From assembly GCA_964016885.1 (NCBI GenBank), contig OZ024744.1, positions 113,274,001 through 113,338,000 of the forward strand: DNA of 64,000 bases, read 5' to 3'. Below, in pieces: positions 35,750-46,690 of the stretch (positions within the stretch are counted from its first letter, which is position 1; every line of letters starts with the position of its first letter). Source of the stretch: Eledone cirrhosa (lineage: Eukaryota). The translations under genes and the position numbers were made by a program. The notes under the pieces are model-generated. The model saw only the letters and a program-made list of their open reading frames with translations, did no database searches and was not told the origin of the DNA.

Positions 35750-38700
35750 TTAAGACTGCATTTGAGAAAATAATTCAGCTGCTGTTGTTCCAGTGATAGT
35801 TTGGCCAGCGGTTTCATACTGAACAGTTCCATCTCCCTGTTCAACAATAGCATGTGCAACTTCTTCTGGGTTAGCTGTGTGGACAATAATAATAGTTTCT
35901 TGTCCGCCTTCCGTTTGTAATGTGGTTATGGTTTGATTGTTTAGTTCGTGTGCTGCGTCAGTGACAACAGCAGTATAAGTTCCTTCAGCAACAGAACCGT
36001 CAGTTACTGTAGCGTATACTGCTTGAGATTGTACTAATTCAGTCACTTTCCTCATGTCATCAATCTCTTCATCATCTAATCCGTCATCTAACATCTCATC
36101 CTCATCATCATCGTCATCTTCATCTTTAATTAGTGGCGCCATCTCTCCAGCAGCCACATGGACTTTCCCAATGTGCTCAAGCAATAATTTCTTACGCTTG
36201 AAAGTATCCTGGCACATATCACATTGGTAAGGGGATAACTTCTTATGCACCAACTGAATGTGAGACATAAGGTTTGACTTGTTATTGAAGCAACGACCAC
36301 AATCAGTGCACTTGTGTGGTTTTTCTCCTGTATGTATAAGCATATGTCGATCGACATGGTATTTCTTTGTAAATCTTTTTTCACACACAGAGCAGATGAA
36401 AATTTTTTGATTAGGAGACTTCCAGCCTTCATGCACTCGTTTTGTATGCCCTATAAGAGCACCTAAAGTTTTGAATGCAGCCTTGCATACGTCACAAAGA
36501 TACTGACGTGTATGCAAATGCATACCTTTAATGTGAGTGTTAAGATTTCCACGGAATGCTGATGAATAATCACAATGGGGACATTTGTAAGGTTTTCTTC
36601 CTGAATGCACAGTGCGCATGTGAGAGCTAATTCCTGTTCTCAAAACTACCTTTCCACAAATTGGGCATGCGCTCTGCATTCTGTTTTGCTGATGAAGTTC
36701 TTGATGTCGTTTCATATTTTTGGTGACTTTACCACATTCAGAACAAGTCTCCCCAGCCTCATCTCCACCTTGTGTAGACACTTTCATGATCCGCTCTCTC
36801 CACTTTGCATTGCGCATCTCTTCATCATAATCAGCTTCATGGCGATGTTTGCTCTTAATATGTTTTACCAGACCAATGAAAGCCTTATCGCAAAATGGAC
36901 ACTTCAGAGCTTCTTCAGTGTTTCGTTTCACACTCTTTCGTTTTGGTTCATCTTCAAACAGGCTGAAATCTGACTCTTCCTTCTTTCGGCGACGTCTTCT
37001 ATACAGATCTGCATCCTCACCTTCAATTTCATCCATTTCCCCTTCTTGCCCAAGTGGTCCAAATTTCTTCTTTCTCAAGCGTGGATCTGTCTGTGTTTGT
37101 ACAGATCGTCTACCAGGAGATTCAAAAACAGTTTCCACTTCAACAAACTGAGGTGTTTGTGGTGTCCTTGGAGATTTATCTTGCATAGCAGCATTCTTTG
37201 CAGCCAGGAACTCATCATCATCAATTTGATCAATATTATAAATATCATCTTGTTTGTCATCAAGACGCCGTCTGTGAACCCTGATAGGCGTAAGAACTGC
37301 CCCATCGTCCCCACAAATAATTCTCGACAAAGATTCTTCTTCGAGTTCATACATTTCTTCTCTGTCGTCTCGATCTTCAATGGTATTGTCATTTTTGTCT
37401 TCAATATAACTTCCCATATCAACTTCCATTTCAAGGGGTTCCTCTTTCATCTCTCGCATTGATTCATGGCTACTTTTCATATGAGAATATGACAGAGTTT
37501 TACTTCTAGGAGAAGTTATAACTGTTCCAATAAATTCATCACTTTCATCCTCCTCTTCATCATCATCATCATCCTCAACTTCTTCAATCTCCTCTTCGTC
37601 GTCCTCCTCCTCTTCATCAATATCTTCATCATCACTATCATCATAAATTGTACTTGTACCAACAGCAACTGCAGTGTCTTCAAAATACCTTGCTTTCTTT
37701 TTCGGTGAAGACATAGAAACTTTAGATGGAAGATCAATTCTTGATAATTCACTAACGGCTTCGTCACTTTCTTCAAAAGGAGGAATCTCTTCATCATCTT
37801 CAGATTCAGGCTTGCGTTTTCTTATGTATTTAATACCGGAAGTGCTAGCAACTGGTTCACCATCTTTCTCACTGGCTCCCTTCATTCGACGACCTGAAGG
37901 TTTCTCAACTACTTCCACAGTTTCAGAATCCTTCTTAGCAGATTTTGGTGTTTCCTTATTTTTTGGTTTTCCACGGCGTGTTGGAGTCTCTTCACCTTTC
38001 TTTGATACATTAGGTGACTCTTTCACTGTGTCCTTGCCCTTTGAAGCAGCTGATTTATCCTTTTCTTTATCTTTCTTCTTACCAGATATTTCTGGAGAGG
38101 ACTTTTTCTGAGATTTTTCTTCTTGACCCTTTTTTATTCTGCCAGAACGGCGCCTGCCTTCTTCATCATCATCATCTTCCTCAGCGTTCATCTTTTGTCG
38201 CTTAGCTCGCCCATCAGGAGAATCAACCTCATAATTCTTGTCTAATGAGTCTTTTCTAGAACGACCCCTTTTTTGACTTGGTGTGTCTGCTTTATCTGCA
38301 TGTGGTTTTTCAGTTTTCTTAGTAGAATCATCTTTTCGCGGCCTACCTCGTTTTCGTTTCACAGAGTCTGTTTTAGACTCTCCTGCACTATCAACACTCT
38401 GCTCAGCATCTTCAGGTAATATATCAGCATCTTTTGAAGATTTTCTTTTCACTCGTTTGCTTTCTTTTGTCGCACTAGACTCTGATTCATCTCCACTAGT
38501 TTCTTTACTTCGAATACGCAAAGATCGATTACTAGATTTAGGAGTTTCAAATTCGTTCTCAGTATTTTTAGTACTCTGTGATGCTGTTGGAGTAGACTTA
38601 GGTGGCCTGCCTCTACGCTTAGGTGTCACCACTTCTTGCTGTTGTTCTTTACTCTGGTCAGTATTATCATTTAATAATTTCTCAGTAAATTCAAGGATAT

Positions 38701-41700
38701 CAGAAGTTGAATTATCAACCTGAACTTGTTCTGATTGTCTGATTACAGCTTGCTGATCAGCCGGTAATTGTTGCTGTATACTAAGAGTCTCTTGGCCTTG
38801 TAAAATTACTGTTTCTAGCTGTTGTTCCTGGTTACCGTCAGCTTCTAATTGTCCTTCTGTAGCAGTAACATTAACTGTTTGCAAAAGAGCCTCTCCCCCA
38901 GCAACAGCTCGAAGTTGCTCCTCTGAAATACTAAATGTCTCTAATTGGTTGCCGGGAGTACTGACAAGTGCCAATTGATTCCCGGAAGAAGTACTGACAA
39001 CTGTCAATTGGTTTCCAGAAGCACCGACTACTTCTAACTGACCCATTGGGTTTCGGAAAACTTGCAGCTGGTTCTCTGAAGCACCAACAACTTCCAGTGA
39101 ATTTCCAACAACCTCAACTTTATTTGGAGTGCTCAAAACCTCTACTTGGTTACTTGGAGTGCTGACAACCTCCACTTGGTTACTTGGAGTGCTGACAACC
39201 TCTACCTGATTATTTGGAGTGCTGACAAATTCTATTGGGGTGTTTGGAGTGCTAACAACCTCAACTTGACTTTCTAGGGTGCCAACAACTTGCACCTGGC
39301 TCTCTTGTGTAGTAAGAGTGAAATCATCTGGAATGCTGATAATTCCAGCAGGAGTCATAGAATCATCAATCTTTTGTTGCGATTCTATTGAATATCCTTT
39401 TGCACTGTCTTTAATTATTTGCTCTTCTCCTCCTGCTTTTGAAGCAACTATAGATCTTAATTCCAGTCTAACTGATTCAGGTTGTTTTGTTTCAGCAGCA
39501 GTTTTTGATGCAGGAATTGGTTTATCGATAGATTCAGTTAGCTGACTTGTCTCCTTTGTCAGTTTTTGTGTCATTTCTGTCACCTTCCCAACTTCTTGTG
39601 ACACCTCTCCCTTTTTCTTATCAACTTTTGGTATATCACCCCTTTTTACATCCTTTGCTAATTCTGCCCTTTTCCCTGAATCTTTCAAAGACTCCACATT
39701 TTTTTTGACATCTTTTGGTGACTCTATCTTTTTTGTGGTATCTTTTACAGGTTCTGTTTTCTTCCCAGCATCTTTTGGTAGCTCTGCCTTTTTTGGTGGT
39801 TCTGTCTTCTTCCCAACATCTTTTGATGATTCCACCTTCTTCGCAGTCTCTCTTGATGGTTCCACTTTCTTCCCAACATCTTTTGATGGTTCCACTTTCT
39901 TCCCAACATCTTTTGATGGTTCCACTTTCTTCCCAACATCTTTTGATGGTTCCACTTTCTTCCCAACATCTTTTGGTGATTCGATCTTCTTCCCAACATC
40001 TTTTGGTGATTCGATCTTCTTCCCAACATCTTTTGGTGATTCGATCTTCTTCCCAACATCTTTTGGTGATTCGATCTTCTTCCCAACATCTTTTGGTGAT
40101 TCGATCTTCTTCCCAACATCTTTTGGTGATTCGATCTTCTTCCCAACATCTTTTGGTGATTCCACCTTCTTCCCAACATCTTTTGGTGATTCCACCTTCT
40201 TCCCAACATCTTTTGGTGATTCCACCTTCTTCCCAACATCTTTTGGTGATTCCACCTTCTTCCCAACATCTTTTGGTGATTCCACCTTCTTCCCAACATC
40301 TTTTGGTGATTCCACCTTCTTCCCAACATCTTTTGGTGATTCCACCTTCTTCCCAACATCTTTTGGTGATTCCACCTTCTTCCCAACATCTTTTGGTGAT
40401 TCCACCTTCTTCCCAACATCTTTTGGTGAATCCACTTTCTTCCCCACATCTTTTGATGGTTCCACCTTCCTCCCAACATCTTTTGATGGTTCCACCTTCC
40501 TCCCAACATCTTTTGATGATTCCACCTTCTTCCCCACATCTTTTGATGGTTCTGCCTTCTTCCCAACATCTTTTGATGGTTCCATCTTCTTTACATCTTT
40601 TGATGGTTCCATCTTCTTTACATCTTTTGATGGTTCCATCTTCTTTGCAACATCTTTTGATGATTCCACCTTCTTCCCAACATCTTTTGATGGTTCCATC
40701 TTCTTTGCAACATCCTTTGATGGTTCCATCTTCTTTGCAACATCTTTTGATGATTCCACCTTCCTCCCAATATCTTTTGCTGCTTCCATCTTCCTTGCAG
40801 CTTCTTGTAACAACTCTGTCTTTTTTGCAGTTTCTTTAGCTTCCTGAGATATTTCTGTTCTTTTCACAGTTCCAGGTGGTGTTTCTGTCTTTTTCTTAGC
40901 ACCTTGTAATGTCTCTGTCAATTTCACCCCAGTCTTTTCGACTGATTCTCTGACTTTCTCAACACCTTGTCCATGCTCAGATTTCTTTCCTATTTCCTGT
41001 GATATCCCTACTTTCTTCTCAGTATTTTGTACTGCTTCAGTTCTTGTTTCTATTCCTGATGGGCTTTCCTTCTGCACAATCTCTGGGAGTTTTCCTGTCT
41101 TCTCATCAACTGTTGGAGGTGCCACCAAGAGGCTTGTTGACTTAAGCTGTTGGGATTGGGCAGTGCCTGGTTGTTCTTTAGATTTAACTTCTGGAGTTTG
41201 GCTTTTTGGCACAGCTTCATGTAGCTTTGATGCTTGTTGTTGTTGTTGTGCACTGAGCTGAGTAGAGGTTGGTTGGCTGGTCGCTAACTTTTTAGACTGT
41301 GGTGGTTGTAATGTGGATGGCTTTGATGACTGTGATTCTTCTTGCTGCTTTAATGTCAATACCAGCTGTTTCTGAACAGACTCTTGTTGACTCCCTAGCT
41401 GCTGGAGAGTAACTGATTTTGTTGACTGCTGGTGGCTAATAACTGGTTTGTGTTGTGTATCAGTTTTCTGATGATCACCAGCCACCGGTTTAGGGGATTG
41501 TTGCTGTGACGGAATAGAAACCAAAGTAGTGACAGCAGGCTGAGAAGTTTCCACTGTTAGTTGGGATGATACTGATGCTTGTATTGCCTGTACTGGCTTT
41601 TGTACTTGCACAACAGGTTTCAGCACATGTGGTGAAGGTACAGCCTTAGCTGGCATCTGTGTTGCTATAATAGTTGATTTGCCTGGTTCTGATTGTGATA

Positions 41701-44700
41701 AATTTGTTACTTTTAGAGGCTGTTGCTGGACCACAGTAACAGACTTAGTTGCTTGATGTAGCACCATTGCAGGTTTTTCAGATACTGTCTTAGTAGATTG
41801 CTGCTGAACTACAATGGATTTTAGAGCTTGTGGAGCTGAGACCAATTTCCCCTGTTGCTGAGTTGTAACTGGTTTAGAGGACTGTAACTGTACTGTAATT
41901 GGTTTAGATGTCTGTTGCTGAGTTGTAACTGGTTTAGATGTCTGTAGCTGTACTGTAATTGGTTTAGAAACCTGTGGCTGAGTTGTAACTGGTTTAGAGG
42001 TCTGTTGCTGAGTCATAATTGGTTTAGAAGTCTGTGACTGTGTTGTAACTGGTTTAGAAGTCTGTAGCTGTACTGTAATTGGTTTAGAAGCTTGCTGTTG
42101 TACTGTAATTGCTTTAGAAGTTTGCTGCTGTGTTGTAACTGGCTTTGGAGATTGTAGCTGTGTTGTAACAGGTTTAGAAGCTTGTTGCTGAGCTGTATTA
42201 GAAGCTTGTTGCTGAGTTGTAACTGGTTTAGAGGTCTGTAGCTGTATTGTAATTGGTTTAGGAGCTTGTTGCTGTGCTGTAACTGGTTTAGAGGTCTGTT
42301 GCTGAGTTGTAATTGGTTTAGAAGTCTGTGACTGAGTTGTAACTGGTTTAGAAGTCTGCAACTGCACTGTAATTGGTTTAGAAGTCTGCGACTGAGTTGT
42401 AACTGGTTTAGAAGTCTGCAACTGCACTGTAATTGGTTTAGAAGTCTGCGACTGAGTTGTAACTGGTTTAGAGGCTTGTTGTGTTACTGTAACTGGTTTA
42501 GAAGCTTGTTGCTGAGTTGTAACTGGTTTAGAAGCTTGTGTTACTGTAACTGGTTTAGAGGCTTGTGTTACTGTAACTGGTTTAGAGGCTTGTGTTACTG
42601 TAACTGGTTTAGAGGCTTGTGTTACTGTAACTGGTTTAGAGGCTTGTGTTACTGTAACTGGTTTAGAAACTAATTGTGTAGAAGCCTGTTGCTGAGTTGT
42701 AACTGGTTTAGAAGTTTGTTGCTGTGGTGTAACTGGTTTAGGAGCTTGTGTTACTGTAACTGGTTTAGATGCCTGTTGCTGAGTTGTAACTGGTTTAGAA
42801 GTTTGTTGTGTTGTAACTGGTTTAGGAGTTTGTTGAATAGCTACAGGCTGCTGTGCAGTAACAGTTTTAGTTAACAGTTGTGGAGAAGACATTTGCACTT
42901 GTGCTGTAGCTTTTGGTATTTGTTTAACTGGTGATACAGATGTTTGTTTAGTTTGTTGCACAGTGGCAGCATGAGATTCTACTGCTTCCTTTGAGGGCAA
43001 AGACAGAACTGGTTTTGGCTGTAACCCTTGCAAAGTTGGTTTAATTTGTATGGACTGTACTGGTTTTGATACTGGGGACTGAACTTGCCATGTAGTAATC
43101 TGCTGAGGTTGACTTTGTGGAGAAGTGGTAGATGACTGCAGTACTATCTGTTTAGACTGTGAAACAGTTAGTGACTGACCTACTGCTTGTTTTACCTGTA
43201 CAGCTGTGGTGCTCTTCAGAGGTTCTTGTGAAGGTTGGAGTAATGACTGAGCTGTTTTAGACATTGAAGCCATCTGTTTTAAGGAAACCTGCTGTGCTTG
43301 TGGTTGTTTTATTGCTATCGCCTGTGGTGTTGCTGTTGGTTTAGGTGCAGATAATATTGATACTTTGGAAGTTATAAGTTTAGATTGGCCAAGAGCAGAT
43401 TCGCCAAGAGCAGAGTGGAGAGCCTGAGAATAAATGATTGGTTGAGATGTAACTAACTTAGAAACCGTACTTTGCTGAGTTTGATCCGATTTTTGTGAAG
43501 ATCCACTTGATATTGGTTGTTTCAGTAACGAAGCCTGTGCCTGTTGAGTTGGCTTTGGAGCAACTATATATGTTTGTTTTGTTGGTAGTTGAGATGTTAC
43601 CTGCAACTGTTTTGAGGTATTAGTTAAAGATGGTGCAGAAACAGATGTAGATTGTCCAGATTGTTTAGTAACAAACTGAACTTGCTGATGAGAAGATATG
43701 TCTAAAGATGTATGGACAGACTGAACCTGAATTTGTTTCGGTTGAATTATAGCTGGTGAGCCTGCAGTCTGCTTTGTTAATGCTGCCGATTGTTGAGCTG
43801 CTTGCTGAGCTTTCTCAGTTTGCTGGCCAGCATCTCGGAATTTGGAAGCAGCCTGTGTATTTATAGAGGTGGCTGTTAATCCAATACTGCTACTAGTAGC
43901 AGTCGTAACTGATGTGGTTGTCAAAAGACTTGAACCAGATTTATCGTCAGTTGATTGTTCTTCAGAACCAACGACACCAAACAAGTATTCTTGATTGTCG
44001 TCTTTTGGCTCGGTTTCCTCAAATTCTGTATCAGTTGAGGTTTTAATTGTCTCAGTAACGATAGATGCTGCACTTCCAATGTCAACCATAATCACCTCGT
44101 GCCCGCCTTGGATGTTAGTGATGAGCAATTCATTGCTAGAAGTTTTCGGGTCAACTAAAACATCTTTCGCAACAGATTTCTGCATTGTGTCCAAGTCCTT
44201 TTGCAAGGAAATGGTTACAGGCATGTCTTTAGATTTAATATCAGGAGAAAGGGAAACCAAACCCTTTAGATCTGCAGGTAACTGCTTAATTGGAAAATAT
44301 TTTTCTTGTTGATCTGGGTTTGTTTTTGTCACATGTTGAACAACATAATAAGGTGATGATTCGGTAGGCACTTGATTAGTCTCATCATTATTAGAGTCAA
44401 TATCCATTATGGATGAGTCCATCGTATCCGCTTTGATTACTTGCTCAGTCTCTATTTCCATCGGAATGGAATTCTGAACTTCAGTTTCACTTAAGTCAAT
44501 GACAAAGAACTGTGCACCATCAGCAGAAGCTTGCAATGTTGCTTTATCCAAGTCAACTCCGCTAGGGTCTAGTTGAAAATATGTCTCTTGAATTGCTGCT
44601 TCCAAAGCAGGGTTTTTATCGTCCATCTTTGAGTCTTTTGAAGAGATTTGTATTGTACCACAATCAGTTGGTGTACTTTCAATCGTACCATCTTCACAAA

Positions 44701-45340
44701 CATAGGTGTTGTTTACAGATAAAATGTTGCCGGAGGTCGTCATAAACTCTGTATCCTTGCCAGTCAAAGAGGAGATCTGATTGTTAGGATCTTGGACAAG
44801 AACGGCATGTTGTATCATTTGATGTTTGATGGATGAGTTGTCGTCTTTATTGGGGTCTTTTTCTTTGTCGTTAGATTTTGTTTCAACAGCCATCACTTGA
44901 AGGGCTACATTATCGACAGGGATCAGTTCTACATCCATTCCACCAGACTGACTGGTCAATATAGATTTTGGTGTAGTTATACATGTGGCCTGACTACCAA
45001 GACTGGTGTCGAGGTCTTTGATCAAAGCATAAGTAACTCCACCGAGAGTGGTACTGGTAACTTCAGTAGTTTCAATACCTTCTGATGTTGGCTGCACTTG
45101 GGGTAATGTAGTAAATAGATCTGGGGATACAAGGACAGTCTGTGTTTGCTCCACACCACCAGCTGAAGTAACTATGGCACCAGATACAGAGCTAAGATGA
45201 CTAATATCCACAGCAGTTACTGCATTAGATACAGATGTTAGGGATGCAACATGTGTTGATGGAATTTCAATAGTATTATCTTGGTTTTGAATAGTATTTG
45301 GATTTATTGACTGGGACAGATTGTTTCCTGATATTTCCAT
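35750..45340 (-). CDS. 3196-aa intronless-CDS C2H2 zinc-finger protein with AT-hooks, long disordered repeats and acidic tracts
   Basis: 9591-bp ORF with non-repetitive termini. Eight C2H2-type fingers at about 36155-36905, including HTGEKP and HSGRKP linkers. AT-hooks KRRGRPPK and KRKRGRPRK plus a degenerate KRGRSRK. Acceptor ttgtctctttaacag at 45546 upstream of the ATG. Confidence 0.93.
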   Translation of the reverse strand: MEISGNNLSQSINPNTIQNQDNTIEIPSTHVASLTSVSNAVTAVDISHLSSVSGAIVTSAGGVEQTQTVLVSPDLFTTLPQVQPTSEGIETTEVTSTTLGGVTYALIKDLDTSLGSQATCITTPKSILTSQSGGMDVELIPVDNVALQVMAVETKSNDKEKDPNKDDNSSIKHQMIQHAVLVQDPNNQISSLTGKDTEFMTTSGNILSVNNTYVCEDGTIESTPTDCGTIQISSKDSKMDDKNPALEAAIQETYFQLDPSGVDLDKATLQASADGAQFFVIDLSETEVQNSIPMEIETEQVIKADTMDSSIMDIDSNNDETNQVPTESSPYYVVQHVTKTNPDQQEKYFPIKQLPADLKGLVSLSPDIKSKDMPVTISLQKDLDTMQKSVAKDVLVDPKTSSNELLITNIQGGHEVIMVDIGSAASIVTETIKTSTDTEFEETEPKDDNQEYLFGVVGSEEQSTDDKSGSSLLTTTSVTTATSSSIGLTATSINTQAASKFRDAGQQTEKAQQAAQQSAALTKQTAGSPAIIQPKQIQVQSVHTSLDISSHQQVQFVTKQSGQSTSVSAPSLTNTSKQLQVTSQLPTKQTYIVAPKPTQQAQASLLKQPISSGSSQKSDQTQQSTVSKLVTSQPIIYSQALHSALGESALGQSKLITSKVSILSAPKPTATPQAIAIKQPQAQQVSLKQMASMSKTAQSLLQPSQEPLKSTTAVQVKQAVGQSLTVSQSKQIVLQSSTTSPQSQPQQITTWQVQSPVSKPVQSIQIKPTLQGLQPKPVLSLPSKEAVESHAATVQQTKQTSVSPVKQIPKATAQVQMSSPQLLTKTVTAQQPVAIQQTPKPVTTQQTSKPVTTQQQASKPVTVTQAPKPVTPQQQTSKPVTTQQQASTQLVSKPVTVTQASKPVTVTQASKPVTVTQASKPVTVTQASKPVTVTQASKPVTTQQQASKPVTVTQQASKPVTTQSQTSKPITVQLQTSKPVTTQSQTSKPITVQLQTSKPVTTQSQTSKPITTQQQTSKPVTAQQQAPKPITIQLQTSKPVTTQQQASNTAQQQASKPVTTQLQSPKPVTTQQQTSKAITVQQQASKPITVQLQTSKPVTTQSQTSKPIMTQQQTSKPVTTQPQVSKPITVQLQTSKPVTTQQQTSKPITVQLQSSKPVTTQQQGKLVSAPQALKSIVVQQQSTKTVSEKPAMVLHQATKSVTVVQQQPLKVTNLSQSEPGKSTIIATQMPAKAVPSPHVLKPVVQVQKPVQAIQASVSSQLTVETSQPAVTTLVSIPSQQQSPKPVAGDHQKTDTQHKPVISHQQSTKSVTLQQLGSQQESVQKQLVLTLKQQEESQSSKPSTLQPPQSKKLATSQPTSTQLSAQQQQQASKLHEAVPKSQTPEVKSKEQPGTAQSQQLKSTSLLVAPPTVDEKTGKLPEIVQKESPSGIETRTEAVQNTEKKVGISQEIGKKSEHGQGVEKVRESVEKTGVKLTETLQGAKKKTETPPGTVKRTEISQEAKETAKKTELLQEAARKMEAAKDIGRKVESSKDVAKKMEPSKDVAKKMEPSKDVGKKVESSKDVAKKMEPSKDVKKMEPSKDVKKMEPSKDVGKKAEPSKDVGKKVESSKDVGRKVEPSKDVGRKVEPSKDVGKKVDSPKDVGKKVESPKDVGKKVESPKDVGKKVESPKDVGKKVESPKDVGKKVESPKDVGKKVESPKDVGKKVESPKDVGKKVESPKDVGKKVESPKDVGKKIESPKDVGKKIESPKDVGKKIESPKDVGKKIESPKDVGKKIESPKDVGKKIESPKDVGKKVEPSKDVGKKVEPSKDVGKKVEPSKDVGKKVEPSRETAKKVESSKDVGKKTEPPKKAELPKDAGKKTEPVKDTTKKIESPKDVKKNVESLKDSGKRAELAKDVKRGDIPKVDKKKGEVSQEVGKVTEMTQKLTKETSQLTESIDKPIPASKTAAETKQPESVRLELRSIVASKAGGEEQIIKDSAKGYSIESQQKIDDSMTPAGIISIPDDFTLTTQESQVQVVGTLESQVEVVSTPNTPIEFVSTPNNQVEVVSTPSNQVEVVSTPSNQVEVLSTPNKVEVVGNSLEVVGASENQLQVFRNPMGQLEVVGASGNQLTVVSTSSGNQLALVSTPGNQLETFSISEEQLRAVAGGEALLQTVNVTATEGQLEADGNQEQQLETVILQGQETLSIQQQLPADQQAVIRQSEQVQVDNSTSDILEFTEKLLNDNTDQSKEQQQEVVTPKRRGRPPKSTPTASQSTKNTENEFETPKSSNRSLRIRSKETSGDESESSATKESKRVKRKSSKDADILPEDAEQSVDSAGESKTDSVKRKRGRPRKDDSTKKTEKPHADKADTPSQKRGRSRKDSLDKNYEVDSPDGRAKRQKMNAEEDDDDEEGRRRSGRIKKGQEEKSQKKSSPEISGKKKDKEKDKSAASKGKDTVKESPNVSKKGEETPTRRGKPKNKETPKSAKKDSETVEVVEKPSGRRMKGASEKDGEPVASTSGIKYIRKRKPESEDDEEIPPFEESDEAVSELSRIDLPSKVSMSSPKKKARYFEDTAVAVGTSTIYDDSDDEDIDEEEEDDEEEIEEVEDDDDDEEEDESDEFIGTVITSPRSKTLSYSHMKSSHESMREMKEEPLEMEVDMGSYIEDKNDNTIEDRDDREEMYELEEESLSRIICGDDGAVLTPIRVHRRRLDDKQDDIYNIDQIDDDEFLAAKNAAMQDKSPRTPQTPQFVEVETVFESPGRRSVQTQTDPRLRKKKFGPLGQEGEMDEIEGEDADLYRRRRRKKEESDFSLFEDEPKRKSVKRNTEEALKCPFCDKAFIGLVKHIKSKHRHEADYDEEMRNAKWRERIMKVSTQGGDEAGETCSECGKVTKNMKRHQELHQQNRMQSACPICGKVVLRTGISSHMRTVHSGRKPYKCPHCDYSSAFRGNLNTHIKGMHLHTRQYLCDVCKAAFKTLGALIGHTKRVHEGWKSPNQKIFICSVCEKRFTKKYHVDRHMLIHTGEKPHKCTDCGRCFNNKSNLMSHIQLVHKKLSPYQCDMCQDTFKRKKLLLEHIGKVHVAAGEMAPLIKDEDDDDDEDEMLDDGLDDEEIDDMRKVTELVQSQAVYATVTDGSVAEGTYTAVVTDAAHELNNQTITTLQTEGGQETIIIVHTANPEEVAHAIVEQGDGTVQYETAGQTITGTTAAELFSQMQS
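39797..40790 (-). repeat. Coding 30-bp tandem repeat (KKVESPKDVG variants, about 33 units)
   Basis: tcccaacatcttttggtgattccaccttct arrays in frame within the CDS. Confidence 0.95.
41850..42830 (-). repeat. Coding 27/30-bp tandem repeat (SKPVTTQQQT, SKPVTVTQA)
   Basis: gttgtaactggtttaga recurs throughout, in frame. Confidence 0.9.
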
Positions 45341-46690
45341 TTTAGAAAAAATAATTTTAAATTTATTCTGCTTAAAAAAAAATTTTTTTTTTTAATTTAT
45401 GGCCAGCTTTCCCTTGCTAACTTCTTATCTTCCATGCATAGCAAATGCTAACATTTCAGTTAATAGTACATGTTATAAGAGGTGTTAAACACTATTTCTT
45501 GATTCTTATTTGATACTTCAAATCATTAGTTTTTAATAAATTCACCTGTTAAAGAGACAAATGTAAGCAAATAATACAAACTAAAGCACAAAAAAACAAA
45601 AACGGTATATAACTATAACAAAATAATTGAAATTTATCACTTCCGTCAATAGTTAATATACGATGATTAAAAATTGTTGAAGAAAAATAATTTTCTAAAT
45701 CAATATTAAATTATAATTTCTTTCCTCTATTCTCTTATACGAAAACAATAATTTAATATCAGAATTATTCAAACTTTGCTCACTTATTGGGGAGGGGGGT
45801 ATCGCGTAGACAGAATCATCAGGCACACCTTCCAGAGGGTTGTATTAGAAATCCTGTTGGATTCCCAAGACCAATCAAGCTCATGGGTGTTATCCAACCA
45901 TCTAGCATGTAGTCTATTCCTAAGTCTCTTGCTAGTTGGTTTTGGCTGTAAAATCTGTCCAGTGACTAAAATATGATTGCAAATAAAAGCAACTGAAATT
46001 TCATTTCATTTGAGTTTGAGTCCATGCTCAGGCCAAGTCGAAGACTCCACCCTCATGTTTATTCTTTGGAGTAACGTTACTTGATAAGGTGTGTAGCTCA
46101 GAGATCAGGTAGAGCAAGAAATTGCACGTCCAATACAACAGACATGTGGCTAGAATATCTAAAGAAACTTTATTCATGTTGACAAATATAATTTTTCTTT
46201 TTCAAAATTGAAAAATGTTTAAAAAAACAGTAAACTCCATGATGTATACCATACTCTATCAATAATTTATATTTAAAACACACCATACTAAATAAAAATT
46301 AATTAGAATGGACTTGCTTCCCCTCGTATTTAAAAAAAACTGTGAATCAAGGTATTGTTATATATGAGGGTCGATAAAATAAACTACCAGTAATACACTG
46401 TGTCGATTTAATCGACTTCCCCCGCTCCCAAAATTGTTGGCCTTGTGCCTAAATCAGAAACAATTATTATATCCCCACATACACAAGTCTTATGTGTTTT
46501 GATCGAAAGAAAAATCGCTATCGTTTTTATCATTGCTGAAATTTATTTCGTTATTGTTTTACCTAATTCTTAATTCATTTAGAGTCAGTTTAAGTTTTTT
46601 GCTTATTGATACAATATTTGAGGTAAATTTATACACCTCACCCGTCTTGCATTTAATAACAAATTTTTTATTATTCCTAGTTTTTTTTCG

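Noticed and set aside
39705-40847. Antisense and alternative-frame ORFs of 274-380 aa over the zinc-finger gene
   Set aside because: Shadows of the 30-bp coding repeat; they end where the repeat ends.
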